Notes under the pieces: model-generated
What the model saw: the letters and a program-made list of their open reading frames with translations, nothing else
Databases searched by the model: none
What the model was told of the DNA's origin: nothing
Program-made: the position numbers and the translations under genes
Part shown: in pieces, positions 48,550 through 58,820 of the stretch
Layout: every line of letters begins with the position of its first letter
Numbering within the stretch: the first letter of the stretch is position 1
From: Bdellovibrionota bacterium
Lineage (GTDB): Bacteria > Bdellovibrionota_C > UBA2361 > OMII01
Length of the DNA stretch: 64,000 nucleotides
Assembly (NCBI GenBank): GCA_040398075.1
Contig: JBBAUR010000009.1
Span: 7,702-71,701, forward strand
Direction: 5' to 3'

Positions 48550-49853
48550 TGGACTACAAACTTTCTGAACTTGAAGAGTGGGACGAGCGGATTTGCGACA
48601 TAGCGAAGAGACACGGCCTCGATTGGTTTGAGATCGAATACGAGTTCATCGATTTCTTCTCGATGATAGGTGCGATGGCCTTTCACGGCCTGCCTTCACA
48701 CTTCAACCACTGGTCGTTTGGTAAGTCCTTCGAGAGGACACATCGAATGTACAACCTCGGAATGGAAGGTCTTCCTTACGAACTCATCATCAATTCCAAT
48801 CCTTCGGTTGCCTACATGATGAGGGAGAATCCCCTCTACCTACAAATCCTGATAATGGCCCATTGTGTAGGCCATTCTGATTTCTTCAAGAATAATCGTA
48901 CCTTCTCTGGTACACGGCCTGACACTATCGTGGGAAGGTGTAGGGCGGCCAAGAAGAGGTTTCAGGAGTACGTTGAGGACCCATCAATCGGCATCGAAAA
49001 GGTGGAAAACGTCATCGACGCATGTCATGCAATTCAGTTTCAGATATCACGTCCCGGTTGGATCCGGCGGACTCGTGAGGAGATAATCGAAGACCACAAG
49101 TCGAAGATCAAAGAGGACCCAAAGATCGCTGACATAGACACCAGTAAGAATCCACTCGAACCTGACTACGACATACTAGGTTTCATCTCAGAAAATGGCA
49201 AGCTGCCTTCATGGAAACGTGACATCATCGAAGTGTGTCGTGACGAAGGAAAGTATTTCTGGCCGCAGATACAGACGAAGATAATGAATGAAGGATGGGC
49301 TTCATACTGGCACTACACGATCCTTCATGAGTTGGAACTTCCAACGGAATTGCACGTCGCGTTCATCAAGTCACACAACCAAGTGATACGCCCACACATC
49401 GGTGGGATCAATCCCTATCATCTTGGTTTCCACCTCTTTCAACGAGTCAAGGAGAGGATGGGCATCTCTGAGTGCTTCCTTGCTCGTGACGTCCACAACG
49501 ACGCTTCGTTCATCAGACAGTATCTGAAACAGGAAGACTGCGAGGAGCTCAACCTGTTCTCCTATTCACGTAAGAAGAGTGACGACACTACCGTGGACGA
49601 CGTCTCTGACGAGATGGGATGGGAACGGGTTCGAAACGACCTCGTCAAACAGGTGGGCGGCGGTTCGATACCTGTCTTGAACGTCAGCGAAGCGAGGAGA
49701 AACGGCACGTTGATGCTGGAGCACGAATTCGACGGAAGAGAATTGGAACTCAATGAGACGAAGGCCGTCCTCAACCACGTCTATAACCTATGGGACGACA
49801 GGGTCGTCCTCAACACAATAATCGATGGAAAACTTCAGCAGATAGAACCTTGA
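48546..49853 (+). CDS. spoVR: SpoVR/YcgB family protein
   Basis: HWSFGKSF, YELIINSNP, AHC.GH.DFFKNN, PQIQTKIMNEGWASYWH, NPYHLG. Confidence 0.95.
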   Translation: MMDYKLSELEEWDERICDIAKRHGLDWFEIEYEFIDFFSMIGAMAFHGLPSHFNHWSFGKSFERTHRMYNLGMEGLPYELIINSNPSVAYMMRENPLYLQILIMAHCVGHSDFFKNNRTFSGTRPDTIVGRCRAAKKRFQEYVEDPSIGIEKVENVIDACHAIQFQISRPGWIRRTREEIIEDHKSKIKEDPKIADIDTSKNPLEPDYDILGFISENGKLPSWKRDIIEVCRDEGKYFWPQIQTKIMNEGWASYWHYTILHELELPTELHVAFIKSHNQVIRPHIGGINPYHLGFHLFQRVKERMGISECFLARDVHNDASFIRQYLKQEDCEELNLFSYSRKKSDDTTVDDVSDEMGWERVRNDLVKQVGGGSIPVLNVSEARRNGTLMLEHEFDGRELELNETKAVLNHVYNLWDDRVVLNTIIDGKLQQIEP

Positions 49854-49874
49854 TGTATAATCGGAGACGAAAAC

Positions 49875-51809
49875 ATGAGCACACGTGACAAACTCCTCAA
49901 TAAGATCTCAGAAGCACGCACGAAGTCAGAGTCGGAAAAGAAGTTCAGCGGTTCCTTGATGGACTACGTCGACCTCGTGGAGAAGGAACCCTCCATCGTG
50001 AAGACGGCCCATCAACGACTCTACGAGTCGATCACGGAACGTGGATCGTACGTCATGCCTGACTCCGATCCGAGAAAGAACAAGATATTCGATGGTGACT
50101 CTGTCAGGATCTACAACTACTTCGAAGGAGAGTTCTTCGGCATGGAGAACGTCATCTCAAAGATCATGTCGTTCCTCGCCTCAGCCGCACATCGTGGTGA
50201 GGAGTCGCGACAAGTCCTCCTCCTGATGGGGCCCGTCGGCGCCGGTAAGTCGGCACTCACGGAACACATCAAGCGTGCATTGGAGGGAAAGAAGTTCTAC
50301 CACCTGAAGGGAGACACCCATAGGGGCGAACCCCTCCAGCTGATACCTCGCTCACTTCGTCCTGAATTCGAGAAGACGCTTAACGTGAAGATCGAAGGTG
50401 ACATCTCTCCGATAGCCCGTTACAAGTTGCTCAACGAACTCGGAGGCAAGTACGAGGACTTCGAGGTGGAGGAATCGAGCTTCTCACAAAGGGCTCGAAG
50501 GGGTGTCGCATCAGTTCCCCCAATGGACGCCAACTCGCAGGACGTCTCGGTCCTCATCGGTTCAGTCGACATCTCCAAGTTGGACAAGTTCTCCGAGGAC
50601 GATCCGCGGGCACTGTCGTTGACCGGTGCCTTCAACGTGGGCAACAGGGGCATCGTGGAACTCGTCGAGGTGTTCAAGAACGAGATCGAGTTCCTCCACA
50701 CCATCATCACGGCCACCCAAGAGAAACGAGTGCCTTCGCCCGGCAAGTCTGACATGTTGCACTTCGACGGCGTCATCTTGGCCCACTGCAACGAGGCCGA
50801 GTGGAATCGATTCCAGAGTGAACACACCAACGAGGCCATCATGGACCGCATCGTCAAGGTCGCTGTTCCATACTGTCTCGAGTTGAACCAGGAGATGAAG
50901 ATCTACGAGAAGATGTTGGGTAAGTCTGACTTCAAGGTCCACGTCGCTCCTCACACCCTAAAGGTGGCCTCGATGTTCTCTGTCATGTCACGTCTGAAGC
51001 CTTCTGCCAAGTGTGATCCTCTCACCAAGATGAAGCTGTACAACGGCGAAGACGTCCTTGAGAAGGGACGTGTCAAGAAGATCGACGTGAAGGACCTACG
51101 TGAGGAGGCCAAGCACGAGGGAATGGACGGTATCTCCACACGTTTCATCACGAAGTCCATCGACAATGCGCTGTCCAACTCCGACAAGAAGATGGTGACT
51201 CCGATCTCTGTCATGGACTCCTTGACGAAGATGGTGAAGGAACAGATAACCGATGAGGCCTTCAAGAAGAACTGCCTGGAGCTACTCCAAAAGACTGTGC
51301 GTGACGAATACCTGAAGATCCTGGAGAGCGAGATATCCAAGGCTTTCGTCAATGCATATGAGGAGAATGCCCAATCTCTCTTCGAGAATTACCTCGACCA
51401 CGCCGAGGCCTACACGACACGTGCCAAGGTGAAGGACAAGGTGACAAAGGAAGAGCGTCGACCGGACGAGGACTTCATGAAGTCGATCGAGGAACAGATC
51501 GGCATCAGCGGTTCAGCGAAGGACGGATTCAGGTCCGACGTGACTGCCTACATGTTCGCCAAGATGCGCCGCGGCGAGAAGGTGGACTACAAGGCATACG
51601 AGCCTCTCAAGGAGGCAATCGAGACCTATCTCATCAACTCAGTCAAGTCCTTCGCTCGCATCGTCACCAAGTCGAAGACCCGGGACAAGGAACAGCAACA
51701 GAAGTACTCCGAAATGGTGACGACACTGTGCAAGGACTACGGCTATACCCCAGAGTCCGCTGAGGAGATCTTGGTTTTTGCCTCAAACAATTTGTGGAGA
51801 GACAGCTGA
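49875..51809 (+). CDS. prkA: PrkA/YeaG family AAA+ protein (annotated Ser kinase)
   Basis: EE.RQVLLLMGPVGAGKS, DPRA, NRGIVELVEVFK, EGMDGISTRF. Confidence 0.95.
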   Translation: MSTRDKLLNKISEARTKSESEKKFSGSLMDYVDLVEKEPSIVKTAHQRLYESITERGSYVMPDSDPRKNKIFDGDSVRIYNYFEGEFFGMENVISKIMSFLASAAHRGEESRQVLLLMGPVGAGKSALTEHIKRALEGKKFYHLKGDTHRGEPLQLIPRSLRPEFEKTLNVKIEGDISPIARYKLLNELGGKYEDFEVEESSFSQRARRGVASVPPMDANSQDVSVLIGSVDISKLDKFSEDDPRALSLTGAFNVGNRGIVELVEVFKNEIEFLHTIITATQEKRVPSPGKSDMLHFDGVILAHCNEAEWNRFQSEHTNEAIMDRIVKVAVPYCLELNQEMKIYEKMLGKSDFKVHVAPHTLKVASMFSVMSRLKPSAKCDPLTKMKLYNGEDVLEKGRVKKIDVKDLREEAKHEGMDGISTRFITKSIDNALSNSDKKMVTPISVMDSLTKMVKEQITDEAFKKNCLELLQKTVRDEYLKILESEISKAFVNAYEENAQSLFENYLDHAEAYTTRAKVKDKVTKEERRPDEDFMKSIEEQIGISGSAKDGFRSDVTAYMFAKMRRGEKVDYKAYEPLKEAIETYLINSVKSFARIVTKSKTRDKEQQQKYSEMVTTLCKDYGYTPESAEEILVFASNNLWRDS

Positions 51810-51829
51810 AAATTTTGACGCGTTATGCG

Positions 51830-52615
51830 TCAAAATTTCTCAGTTTTGTACAAAATGTCAAAGTTCTTCTTGGTGATTCCATAATCAAGAAGAACTAGAC
51901 ATCCACCAGGAGTTATTCCCCAAGAATCAAGTCGTGCCAAGTCACCTTTCAGCATGCCTTGATACCTCATCATGAATCCTTCAAGGTAATCAAGAAATTC
52001 TTGTCCTCTGAGACAATTCGGATTGCCTGCTGAAATAACACCTGTTTTTCCGCTTGTCATCGGTGGAGTATCAGCTGTCCATCCATCACCTATGTCTATT
52101 CCATGATTTCCTGGATTTGTGGATGACATATCCATGTCGGGATCTCTTTTCAAGCCGATAATTTCACGTACATCATTCCAAGAAACCCCTATCACTTTTT
52201 CAGCTGTCGTAAATTCGTCTTCGTCCAACGGCTTCACCAGATCAGAAACGATCCAGGAGAAATCATCCGCGGCATCCCAAGCCCCTGCAAGCAATTGTTC
52301 AGTGTACGGATCACGTCCCGCAAATATTTCCAATTCGTTTTGTGCAAGGCCTTTTTTGTTAAGGGCGACCTTCACTACTTGTTTTTGGTTAAGTTTGAAA
52401 ACTATTCTTGAAGATCCCTCACCCAACAGTTGCAATCCAAATTCTTGTGCCGCGATTTTCATGGCGTCAAATGGATTTTTTGTACCCCATTCTTCGGGGT
52501 CCTGGTACGCTACAGTCAACCAATCCAATGGGTCATCTGAAGTCGCGACGTCGTCTCTCGTCATCTCCCGAATGATCTTTCTAACGTATGACCTCAAAGC
52601 GACGTAATTTCTCAT
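51830..52615 (-). CDS. LRRxIRE-motif protein with protein-kinase-like domain
   Basis: LGEGSSRIVF, VVKVA, QNELE, GDL...WG...LVLLDYG; ATACTTA-N5-ATG. Confidence 0.75.
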   Translation of the reverse strand: MRNYVALRSYVRKIIREMTRDDVATSDDPLDWLTVAYQDPEEWGTKNPFDAMKIAAQEFGLQLLGEGSSRIVFKLNQKQVVKVALNKKGLAQNELEIFAGRDPYTEQLLAGAWDAADDFSWIVSDLVKPLDEDEFTTAEKVIGVSWNDVREIIGLKRDPDMDMSSTNPGNHGIDIGDGWTADTPPMTSGKTGVISAGNPNCLRGQEFLDYLEGFMMRYQGMLKGDLARLDSWGITPGGCLVLLDYGITKKNFDILYKTEKF

Positions 52616-52630
52616 GCGGATAAGTATGCT

Positions 52631-53185
52631 TCAAGTTTTTGGTTTCTCGGATGCGTACTTGACACCCATGATGGTGCCGATGATACTGAACGAGTTCGTC
52701 AGGAGTATGCTAACGATGTTGCTCCACACGTTACCAGTCAACGTCGTGTCAGACTTTGTGACCATACCTGTTATGTACATTCCCGTGGACAGAATTCCTA
52801 CACCAACTATCATCCATAGAGATACCTTGACGATAATATTGATCAACTCAAATTGATTGCGCTTCTGTAGGTTGTCGAGGTCGTTCTCAACGATCTTCTT
52901 TGCGTCTTCGGCCTTTTGTAGGGCTACCTGAAGGTCAGACATCAATTTCTCATTTTGCTGTTGAGCGAAGATCAATTCCCTGTTCTGGTTTTGGACCTGT
53001 TTGGTGACTGACAGCCTCTTCGATCGAGCTGCCTTGTCTCTATCGATGGCAACGTCGACGTATTTCCTGAACTCTTGGTCGTCACCTGGGTCGAACAACT
53101 TGAGTATGTTGCCCTCGACGTACATGTCTTGCTTCTCAGCAATGTCTATCAACATACGCTTGGCGTCTTCTGCGACTTGAATCAT
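52631..53185 (-). CDS. coiled-coil plus two-TM membrane protein in the two-component operon
   Basis: 4-nt overlap with the response regulator; two C-terminal TM helices. Confidence 0.7.
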   Translation of the reverse strand: MIQVAEDAKRMLIDIAEKQDMYVEGNILKLFDPGDDQEFRKYVDVAIDRDKAARSKRLSVTKQVQNQNRELIFAQQQNEKLMSDLQVALQKAEDAKKIVENDLDNLQKRNQFELINIIVKVSLWMIVGVGILSTGMYITGMVTKSDTTLTGNVWSNIVSILLTNSFSIIGTIMGVKYASEKPKT

Positions 53186-53613
53186 GAGTAGACCTTGAAG
53201 TTGGCAGTCCTCGACTTGTAACCTGGATAGTCGTTCTTGAACTCCTCCAACCGTGGTTCTATCTCGTCGCTCTTGACTATCCAAAACTGTGCGCCTGCGG
53301 CAACGGCCTTCGACATCTCTTTCCTGTCGTAGGAAGAAGAGATGATGCCGATCACCACACCGTTTCCGTGCTCATAGTTGATCCTCCTGATCAACTCGGC
53401 ACCGTCAAAGGACGAACCGACGATGTTGAGGTCGACGAAGACACACTCAGGTTTCAAATCAGGAGTATTTTTCCACGCCTTGAACAACCTGTCGGCTTCG
53501 TCGGCTGAGGAGAGGGCCTGCAACTTGAGAGATATGTCGAGTAGGCTACAAGCGTCCTCGAAGACCAGATGGAACAAGTTCTCGTCGTCGACGAGTAGGA
53601 TGGAGTCTATCAT
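53182..53613 (-). CDS. single-domain response regulator (REC)
   Basis: ILLVDDE, VFVDLN, ISSS, WIVK. Confidence 0.88.
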   Translation of the reverse strand: MIDSILLVDDENLFHLVFEDACSLLDISLKLQALSSADEADRLFKAWKNTPDLKPECVFVDLNIVGSSFDGAELIRRINYEHGNGVVIGIISSSYDRKEMSKAVAAGAQFWIVKSDEIEPRLEEFKNDYPGYKSRTANFKVYS

Positions 53614-54653
53614 CGTATCTTCACCTTTATCATCGACCCCACATCCAACTTTTCGCATGAGACGTGGAACCCATGTTCATTAAGTATGGCGACGCAGATG
53701 TTGAGACCCAAACCTGTCCCTTTTTCCTTTTGCATCTGGTTACGGACATAAGGCTGGGAATATTTCTCAAATTCGGCTTGAGTCATTCCCCTCCCATTAT
53801 CGATGACAACAACCGTGTCATCGTCGATCATCTCAACAACAACGTATTTCGCCTCAGAGTCGTTGTATTTCAGCCCGTTCCTTATCAGATTGTCGATGGC
53901 TGTGCAGAATAGAGATTCATTGACGCACAACTTCGTGAGCTGTTTTATCTCGACTTGGTCACGATAGGCCGTCGTCGACAAGAAGTTGTCGAGTATCTCC
54001 TTCAGGTCGTGCTCCAGTTTTGGAAGGCATTTGTCTGTCTTGACGAGGTTAGTGAAGTCATAGACTCCCCTGTAGACTTTCTGAGAGTGTCTCAGACCGT
54101 CCTTCATGAGTTTGAGAGGCATGTCCAACTTGTAATTTTCTATGATTTCTTGGGGCAGACGTCTCTCAAGCGACATGATGCCACGTGGAATATACGTGTT
54201 GATGCCGCTGTGCATGTCATGTCTGATGATCTTGGCCGCATGTTCAAGATAGACATTCTTCTTTCCTATCTCGTTCATGGCGTCGATGATTTGCGTCACG
54301 TCCTGTCTGACTGATGCGTAACCCTGGATTCTTCCTCTCTCGTCGACCCGGGCCGCTATGTAGGTGTCGACGTGATACAGGTCACCACATTTCTTCTTGT
54401 TCGTGACGACTGAGTTCCATATGTTGCCGGCGGACACGCACTGATACATCTCAGACCAAAATTCAGGTGGATGGAATCCGGAGTTGACTATGTTGTGGTC
54501 TTTTCCGATCAGTTCTTCTCTGTCCCATCCCGATATCTTCACGAATTGATCGTTGACATACGTTATCTTTCCTTGCGAGTCCGCGATGGAAATGATGCAT
54601 GCCTTGTCCATGAGATCATTTATCTGCCACAATATTTCTTCATCGAGCGCCAT
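53610..54653 (-). CDS. PAS-domain sensor histidine kinase
   Basis: PAS (ITYVNDQF..ISG), IRHD H-box, NLIRNGLKY, DNGRG, GTGLGL. Confidence 0.9.
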   Translation of the reverse strand: MALDEEILWQINDLMDKACIISIADSQGKITYVNDQFVKISGWDREELIGKDHNIVNSGFHPPEFWSEMYQCVSAGNIWNSVVTNKKKCGDLYHVDTYIAARVDERGRIQGYASVRQDVTQIIDAMNEIGKKNVYLEHAAKIIRHDMHSGINTYIPRGIMSLERRLPQEIIENYKLDMPLKLMKDGLRHSQKVYRGVYDFTNLVKTDKCLPKLEHDLKEILDNFLSTTAYRDQVEIKQLTKLCVNESLFCTAIDNLIRNGLKYNDSEAKYVVVEMIDDDTVVVIDNGRGMTQAEFEKYSQPYVRNQMQKEKGTGLGLNICVAILNEHGFHVSCEKLDVGSMIKVKIR

Positions 54654-54669
54654 ATAGGTAATTACGCCT
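54654..54669. promoter_or_regulatory. bidirectional palindromic promoter GTAATTAC
   Basis: GTAATTA-N5-ATG on both strands (ATG at 54653 minus and 54670 plus). Confidence 0.65.
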
Positions 54670-55335
54670 ATGAGAATAACTCTAAATGAATTGAGGTCTT
54701 TGATCAGGGAGCATCTGATCAACGAGGGGGCCGTCACACCGATTCAGGCCGCCGGAGATGGAATCGCCCTCTTCTCAAGTGAGAATGAGCTCTTCGCCAC
54801 GTACGTGCTGTATCGAGCGACAGGACACGTCAACTCTGTCGTTGAATCAACGCTCTCTCAGAAAACTGACAGCGTTGAGACGACGGTGAGATGGTCTCTG
54901 GTGGGAGCCATCAAGGTCGCGAAGGGGCAAGGAGGAGAACCGTCCTACATCGAGGAGGTCACCTCGAAGGTCAAGGGATACGGTCCCCTCCTCTATGACA
55001 TCGCTCTCAAGTATCACAGCCCGCTTCTGGATCGGAGAGGTGACGTGGAAAACGCAAACGTGTCAACTGACGCCGAGAAGGTGTGGGACTTCTATGTCAA
55101 CAAGAGAAAGAAAGACACGAGTTATTCCAAGAAGACTCGACAGTTGTCGCTCAAGAGTAAGCTAAGCGTCGACGTCAGACCTCTCGTCATCGCCCACGAT
55201 AATCTTCCCAACAAGATATACACCAATCCCAGGTCGTTTCAAGCCAATTTGCCCCCCATGTCCACGTTCGTGAAACAACTGGAGGAAGCCCTTCATGCGA
55301 CGTCGAAGGACCTCCTCAGGACGCTTCACATGTGA
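54670..55335 (+). CDS. LRRxIRE-motif protein, possible GNAT-like fold
   Basis: MRITLNELRSLIREHL; KGYGPLLYDIAL...S.DAEKVW. Confidence 0.7.
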   Translation: MRITLNELRSLIREHLINEGAVTPIQAAGDGIALFSSENELFATYVLYRATGHVNSVVESTLSQKTDSVETTVRWSLVGAIKVAKGQGGEPSYIEEVTSKVKGYGPLLYDIALKYHSPLLDRRGDVENANVSTDAEKVWDFYVNKRKKDTSYSKKTRQLSLKSKLSVDVRPLVIAHDNLPNKIYTNPRSFQANLPPMSTFVKQLEEALHATSKDLLRTLHM

Positions 55336-55336
55336 C

Positions 55337-56086
55337 TCACCAATTCACGTATGTGACTGACTCAACCCTGTCGACAGTTCCTCCCCTCCTCAAGTTAGGA
55401 ACCTTTCTAACGCACACCTTGTTCCACGTGTACTCTGGAAAGAGTCTTTCGGCTCCGTCTCCATACGTGAAGACGACAGGATTGGAAGTCGACGAGATCA
55501 GCGACTTCGTCTCCTTGAAGTCGTACGTCGACTCATGACTCTTCTTGCCCTTCTCCTCGTAACCCGCGGTGGTGCCCAAATACGGAGGATCAACGAAGAG
55601 TAGGTCGCCATCAGAATGAACATACTCGTTTGCAGATCCATGTACGACGTCGATGTCCTTCAGACGTGGAAGGCACCGAACCGTGTTTTCCACGGGCAAT
55701 GAGTACTGTGGATAGATCTTCCAGGCCGTCAATTGCCCAACGATGACGCCTGTGACGTTGATACGAACGTATGTTTCCTGACCAAGGGACAGGCCCAACC
55801 TTCTGACGTCTGGTTTTCCAACGTTGCTTGGGTCCACCTTGATGGACTCGACCGCCTCTGACAGGTCGTTCAATTCCTTCGGCGTCGTGGTCTTCAACCA
55901 CTTCCACATGGCTACGACGTCTCCGTTAGCCTCATATCCAAGACATGGAAGGTCGGTGGAGAACCAATAGGCTCCACTGCCAAGATAAGGCTCTACTATC
56001 CTCTTCGTTCCCGCCAGAGGCCTTCGGTAATACTTGATGTACCTGTGCTTGTTACCGCTGTACCTAAACAACTTCAAACGATTCAT
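55337..56086 (-). CDS. D12-class N6-adenine DNA methyltransferase (Dam-like)
   Basis: FRYSGNK, VEPYLGSGA, FVDPPY. Confidence 0.85.
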   Translation of the reverse strand: MNRLKLFRYSGNKHRYIKYYRRPLAGTKRIVEPYLGSGAYWFSTDLPCLGYEANGDVVAMWKWLKTTTPKELNDLSEAVESIKVDPSNVGKPDVRRLGLSLGQETYVRINVTGVIVGQLTAWKIYPQYSLPVENTVRCLPRLKDIDVVHGSANEYVHSDGDLLFVDPPYLGTTAGYEEKGKKSHESTYDFKETKSLISSTSNPVVFTYGDGAERLFPEYTWNKVCVRKVPNLRRGGTVDRVESVTYVNW

Positions 56087-56409
56087 TCAGCCCTCTTCAA
56101 GACCTTGATGATCAGGTTGTGTTTGTGTATCTGTGAAGGATTGAAGCAATACCAATATTCCATCGTCTCGTCCCAGCAACTGACGAGGTCTTCATCTATT
56201 CTCTTGACGATGCACGTGCATTTCATCACCTCTGTGCTGTATGTCCTCACGGTCAACAACTTGCTATCGACAGGAACAACGATCTTGCCGTCGACGACTG
56301 CGTCCTCTAGCGCATCGATGTCGACGTTGGCACCTACTTTCGTTGACGTGGAGACGGCCCTCGGCTTCTTCTCCTTTGTTTTCGTCTTTTGGACTTTTCT
56401 AGCTGCCAT
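56083..56409 (-). CDS. hypothetical protein
   Basis: 108-aa coupled ORF. Confidence 0.55.
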   Translation of the reverse strand: MAARKVQKTKTKEKKPRAVSTSTKVGANVDIDALEDAVVDGKIVVPVDSKLLTVRTYSTEVMKCTCIVKRIDEDLVSCWDETMEYWYCFNPSQIHKHNLIIKVLKRAE

Positions 56410-56878
56410 GTTTCTTTCTCCACATGTAGTAGGCAGTCAAGGCGTGGTCCTTCGGAGGTTCAGGTGGCAAGATGCCTTGAATGAATATCTCCCATGCCGC
56501 AGCCGCGTATTCACCAACCCCAGGCAATTCACTGGCATGTGTCCATTCATTTTTCACGTAAGCATTAGACATCTCAATGAGCGACTTCGATCTTCTATTC
56601 CGAAATCCAAGACATCCAACCAATTCAGCGACTTCCGTCGGATCAGCGTTCGCCATCGACGCCGCGTCAGGATATCTTTCAAACAGGGGTTTCACAATCT
56701 TCTCCATCGACTTACGCGTCGTGCAATTCAACAACATACACGCAACAAGCGTCTTCCATTCGTTTGGCCACAGAGTCTCTTGGATTAATCCATACGGGCT
56801 GACAGGTGGAACATGGTCATTTTTTTCTTGATTATTCTTGGATCGACCTTGTGTCTCTTTATAACGCATGTTTGCCAT
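56399..56878 (-). CDS. MBD4-like HhH-GPD DNA glycosylase
   Basis: SPYGLIQETLW...W..LVACMLLN.T, LPGVGEYA, PKDHAL. Confidence 0.88.
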   Translation of the reverse strand: MANMRYKETQGRSKNNQEKNDHVPPVSPYGLIQETLWPNEWKTLVACMLLNCTTRKSMEKIVKPLFERYPDAASMANADPTEVAELVGCLGFRNRRSKSLIEMSNAYVKNEWTHASELPGVGEYAAAAWEIFIQGILPPEPPKDHALTAYYMWRKKHGS

Positions 56879-57815
56879 TAAAAGGCAATGCTACATACTC
56901 TGTTTTGAAGTCTGAAGTCAAATCAGCAAGAAATCTTTCGTGTTGAATGAACAACATACCGTTTGAAGTCCTCTTCATCCTATGCCATGGTGTAGAGATC
57001 CCAGGGTCAGCCAATTCCATCCTTAGAACCATGAAATTTGGAACCCAACTCTCTTCAAATTCGTCGCGAAGAAATCTAGATTTTTCGATGATTTGCTTGA
57101 CACCGTCGCAGTCACACAGAAATTGCCTAGAAGAAAGTTGATCTTTCTTCATGACGCAGCATGTGATAGGAACTTCACTCCTGACGTGTCTACCAACAAC
57201 ACCTGGCACAAGTTCTGCATCAGCATCGATGACAACAATACTTTTGCCTCCTTCATTCAAGAATGAAGTAACAACATTTGACTCTCTCATGGAAGGAAAA
57301 ACGTCACCGTCTCCACACCAATGAAGTGTAGGTGAACCGTCAGCGAAGTGAACCGTATTGTCAGGCAGCAACCTGAAAGACTCGAATCCTTTCAGCGCGA
57401 CGACGTCATGATGCTCATCTATGCGCGCTGAGCATTCTGAAAATATTTCAGGAGGAACCAGAATCCACTTTGTCTTCACGTAGGACAATGAATTCAGGAC
57501 AGATGACAACTTACCGCTGTGGATGATTTCACGATTTCTCAGCACTAGACAGCATCCAACCGTGCCCAATCTCAAGGACTCCAATCCACGATTGACATCA
57601 TGTTCAGACAGCTCTTCAATGGAGAGGTCAGGCTCAGCCCCTTTTTGTCCCACGACTGTTTGATCAACGGGATGTGATATCAACTCAACTAGTTCAGCTA
57701 TTTCTAGGCCACCGATTCTGTCATTTTTCATCAGCGTCGTCTCATCCATTTTTTCTAGCTGAGACAAAAGTTCTGCTAGTGAACCCATGATGCAAACCTT
57801 ATACGGTAGACTCAA
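56859..57815 (-). CDS. divergent UDPGP-type sugar-phosphate nucleotidyltransferase-like protein
   Basis: GLESLR.G.VG, CGDGDVF, QHERFL; glycine-rich loop appears degenerate. Confidence 0.45.
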   Translation of the reverse strand: MSLPYKVCIMGSLAELLSQLEKMDETTLMKNDRIGGLEIAELVELISHPVDQTVVGQKGAEPDLSIEELSEHDVNRGLESLRLGTVGCCLVLRNREIIHSGKLSSVLNSLSYVKTKWILVPPEIFSECSARIDEHHDVVALKGFESFRLLPDNTVHFADGSPTLHWCGDGDVFPSMRESNVVTSFLNEGGKSIVVIDADAELVPGVVGRHVRSEVPITCCVMKKDQLSSRQFLCDCDGVKQIIEKSRFLRDEFEESWVPNFMVLRMELADPGISTPWHRMKRTSNGMLFIQHERFLADLTSDFKTEYVALPFNGKHAL

Positions 57816-58321
57816 AAAAGTTCAATATTCAACTTCTTGACCATCTTCATGAAGAATCGACCATGCGTGGAATTCAGCAATTCATCAGGGGTGACCCAAT
57901 CGACGTAGCCTTCATCAGAAGGCCTAAGCTTCCCTGAACAGGCAGTAACCTTGTACACGGCAACCAATTTCCCATTGTCGGCCAGAGCTGTGTAGACTGG
58001 ATGCATTCGATGTACTTTCAGACCTGTTTCTTCCCACAACTCCCTCATCGCGGCCTGCGCCGGCTCTTCGCCCAATTCGATCTTGCCACCTGGCAAATTC
58101 ATGTCAGTGACGTCCTCACCACGTGAAACGGCAAGAAATCTACCACGCTTGTCTCTGACTATGAGTATCGCAGCATGCGGTGCTTCGTCTTCTTCCTCAA
58201 GGTCAAAGATGGACGACCTAGCGCCCCTAGTCGGCTCACCAGCACGTATGTTACCGGGACCTTGCATCCTCCTGGTCCCAGACATGCTAAAGTCTCCCAT
58301 GAATTCACGCAAGAATTTCAT
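57812..58321 (-). CDS. Nudix hydrolase (MutT-like)
   Basis: PGGKIELGEEPAQAAMRELWEETG. Confidence 0.92.
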   Translation of the reverse strand: MKFLREFMGDFSMSGTRRMQGPGNIRAGEPTRGARSSIFDLEEEDEAPHAAILIVRDKRGRFLAVSRGEDVTDMNLPGGKIELGEEPAQAAMRELWEETGLKVHRMHPVYTALADNGKLVAVYKVTACSGKLRPSDEGYVDWVTPDELLNSTHGRFFMKMVKKLNIELF

Positions 58322-58812
58322 TTCGGTTTTTGTTTACCTTTGTTTTCAGGGCTTCTTTGCGGCTGAATCTTTCTCCTATCGACACGTCGTGAAGGATTAC
58401 GACTGTAGTCATCATCATCATCGTCGTCATCATCATCTTCTTCGTATGCTCTAATCCAGGCCCTTATTTGATTTCCAAATCTGTAACTTACGGCTGCCTT
58501 TATCTTTTCCTTAGCTTTTGACTTATTGTTTTTTGCCTTGTCGAGGATGACTGGAAACTTTTCCTTAACAAAAGCGGTTATATTTTCCTTTATTTCATCA
58601 GGAAGTTCGACGTCGTATTTTTCCTCAATTTCATTCACGATATCATCAGCTAGATTCGAAACGTCACCTGTAAAAAAATCCTTGATTTTTCTAAACTTAG
58701 ATTTCACATTCTTGATTTGTGTAGGAAGATCTGTCAAACTGTAATAGTCAGACAACGCCTCTTGAATTACGTGAGAGACATATCTTCTCAATTGCTTTTC
58801 TTCTTCTTTCAT
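58318..58812 (-). CDS. LRRxIRE-motif protein with poly-Asp tract
   Basis: QLRRYVSHVIQE; EEDDDDDDDDDD. Confidence 0.65.
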   Translation of the reverse strand: MKEEEKQLRRYVSHVIQEALSDYYSLTDLPTQIKNVKSKFRKIKDFFTGDVSNLADDIVNEIEEKYDVELPDEIKENITAFVKEKFPVILDKAKNNKSKAKEKIKAAVSYRFGNQIRAWIRAYEEDDDDDDDDDDYSRNPSRRVDRRKIQPQRSPENKGKQKPK

Positions 58813-58820
58813 CTTTTAAC

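Noticed and set aside
58407-58443. (TCA/TCG)n trinucleotide run
   Set aside because: It simply encodes the poly-Asp/Glu tract of 58318-58812.
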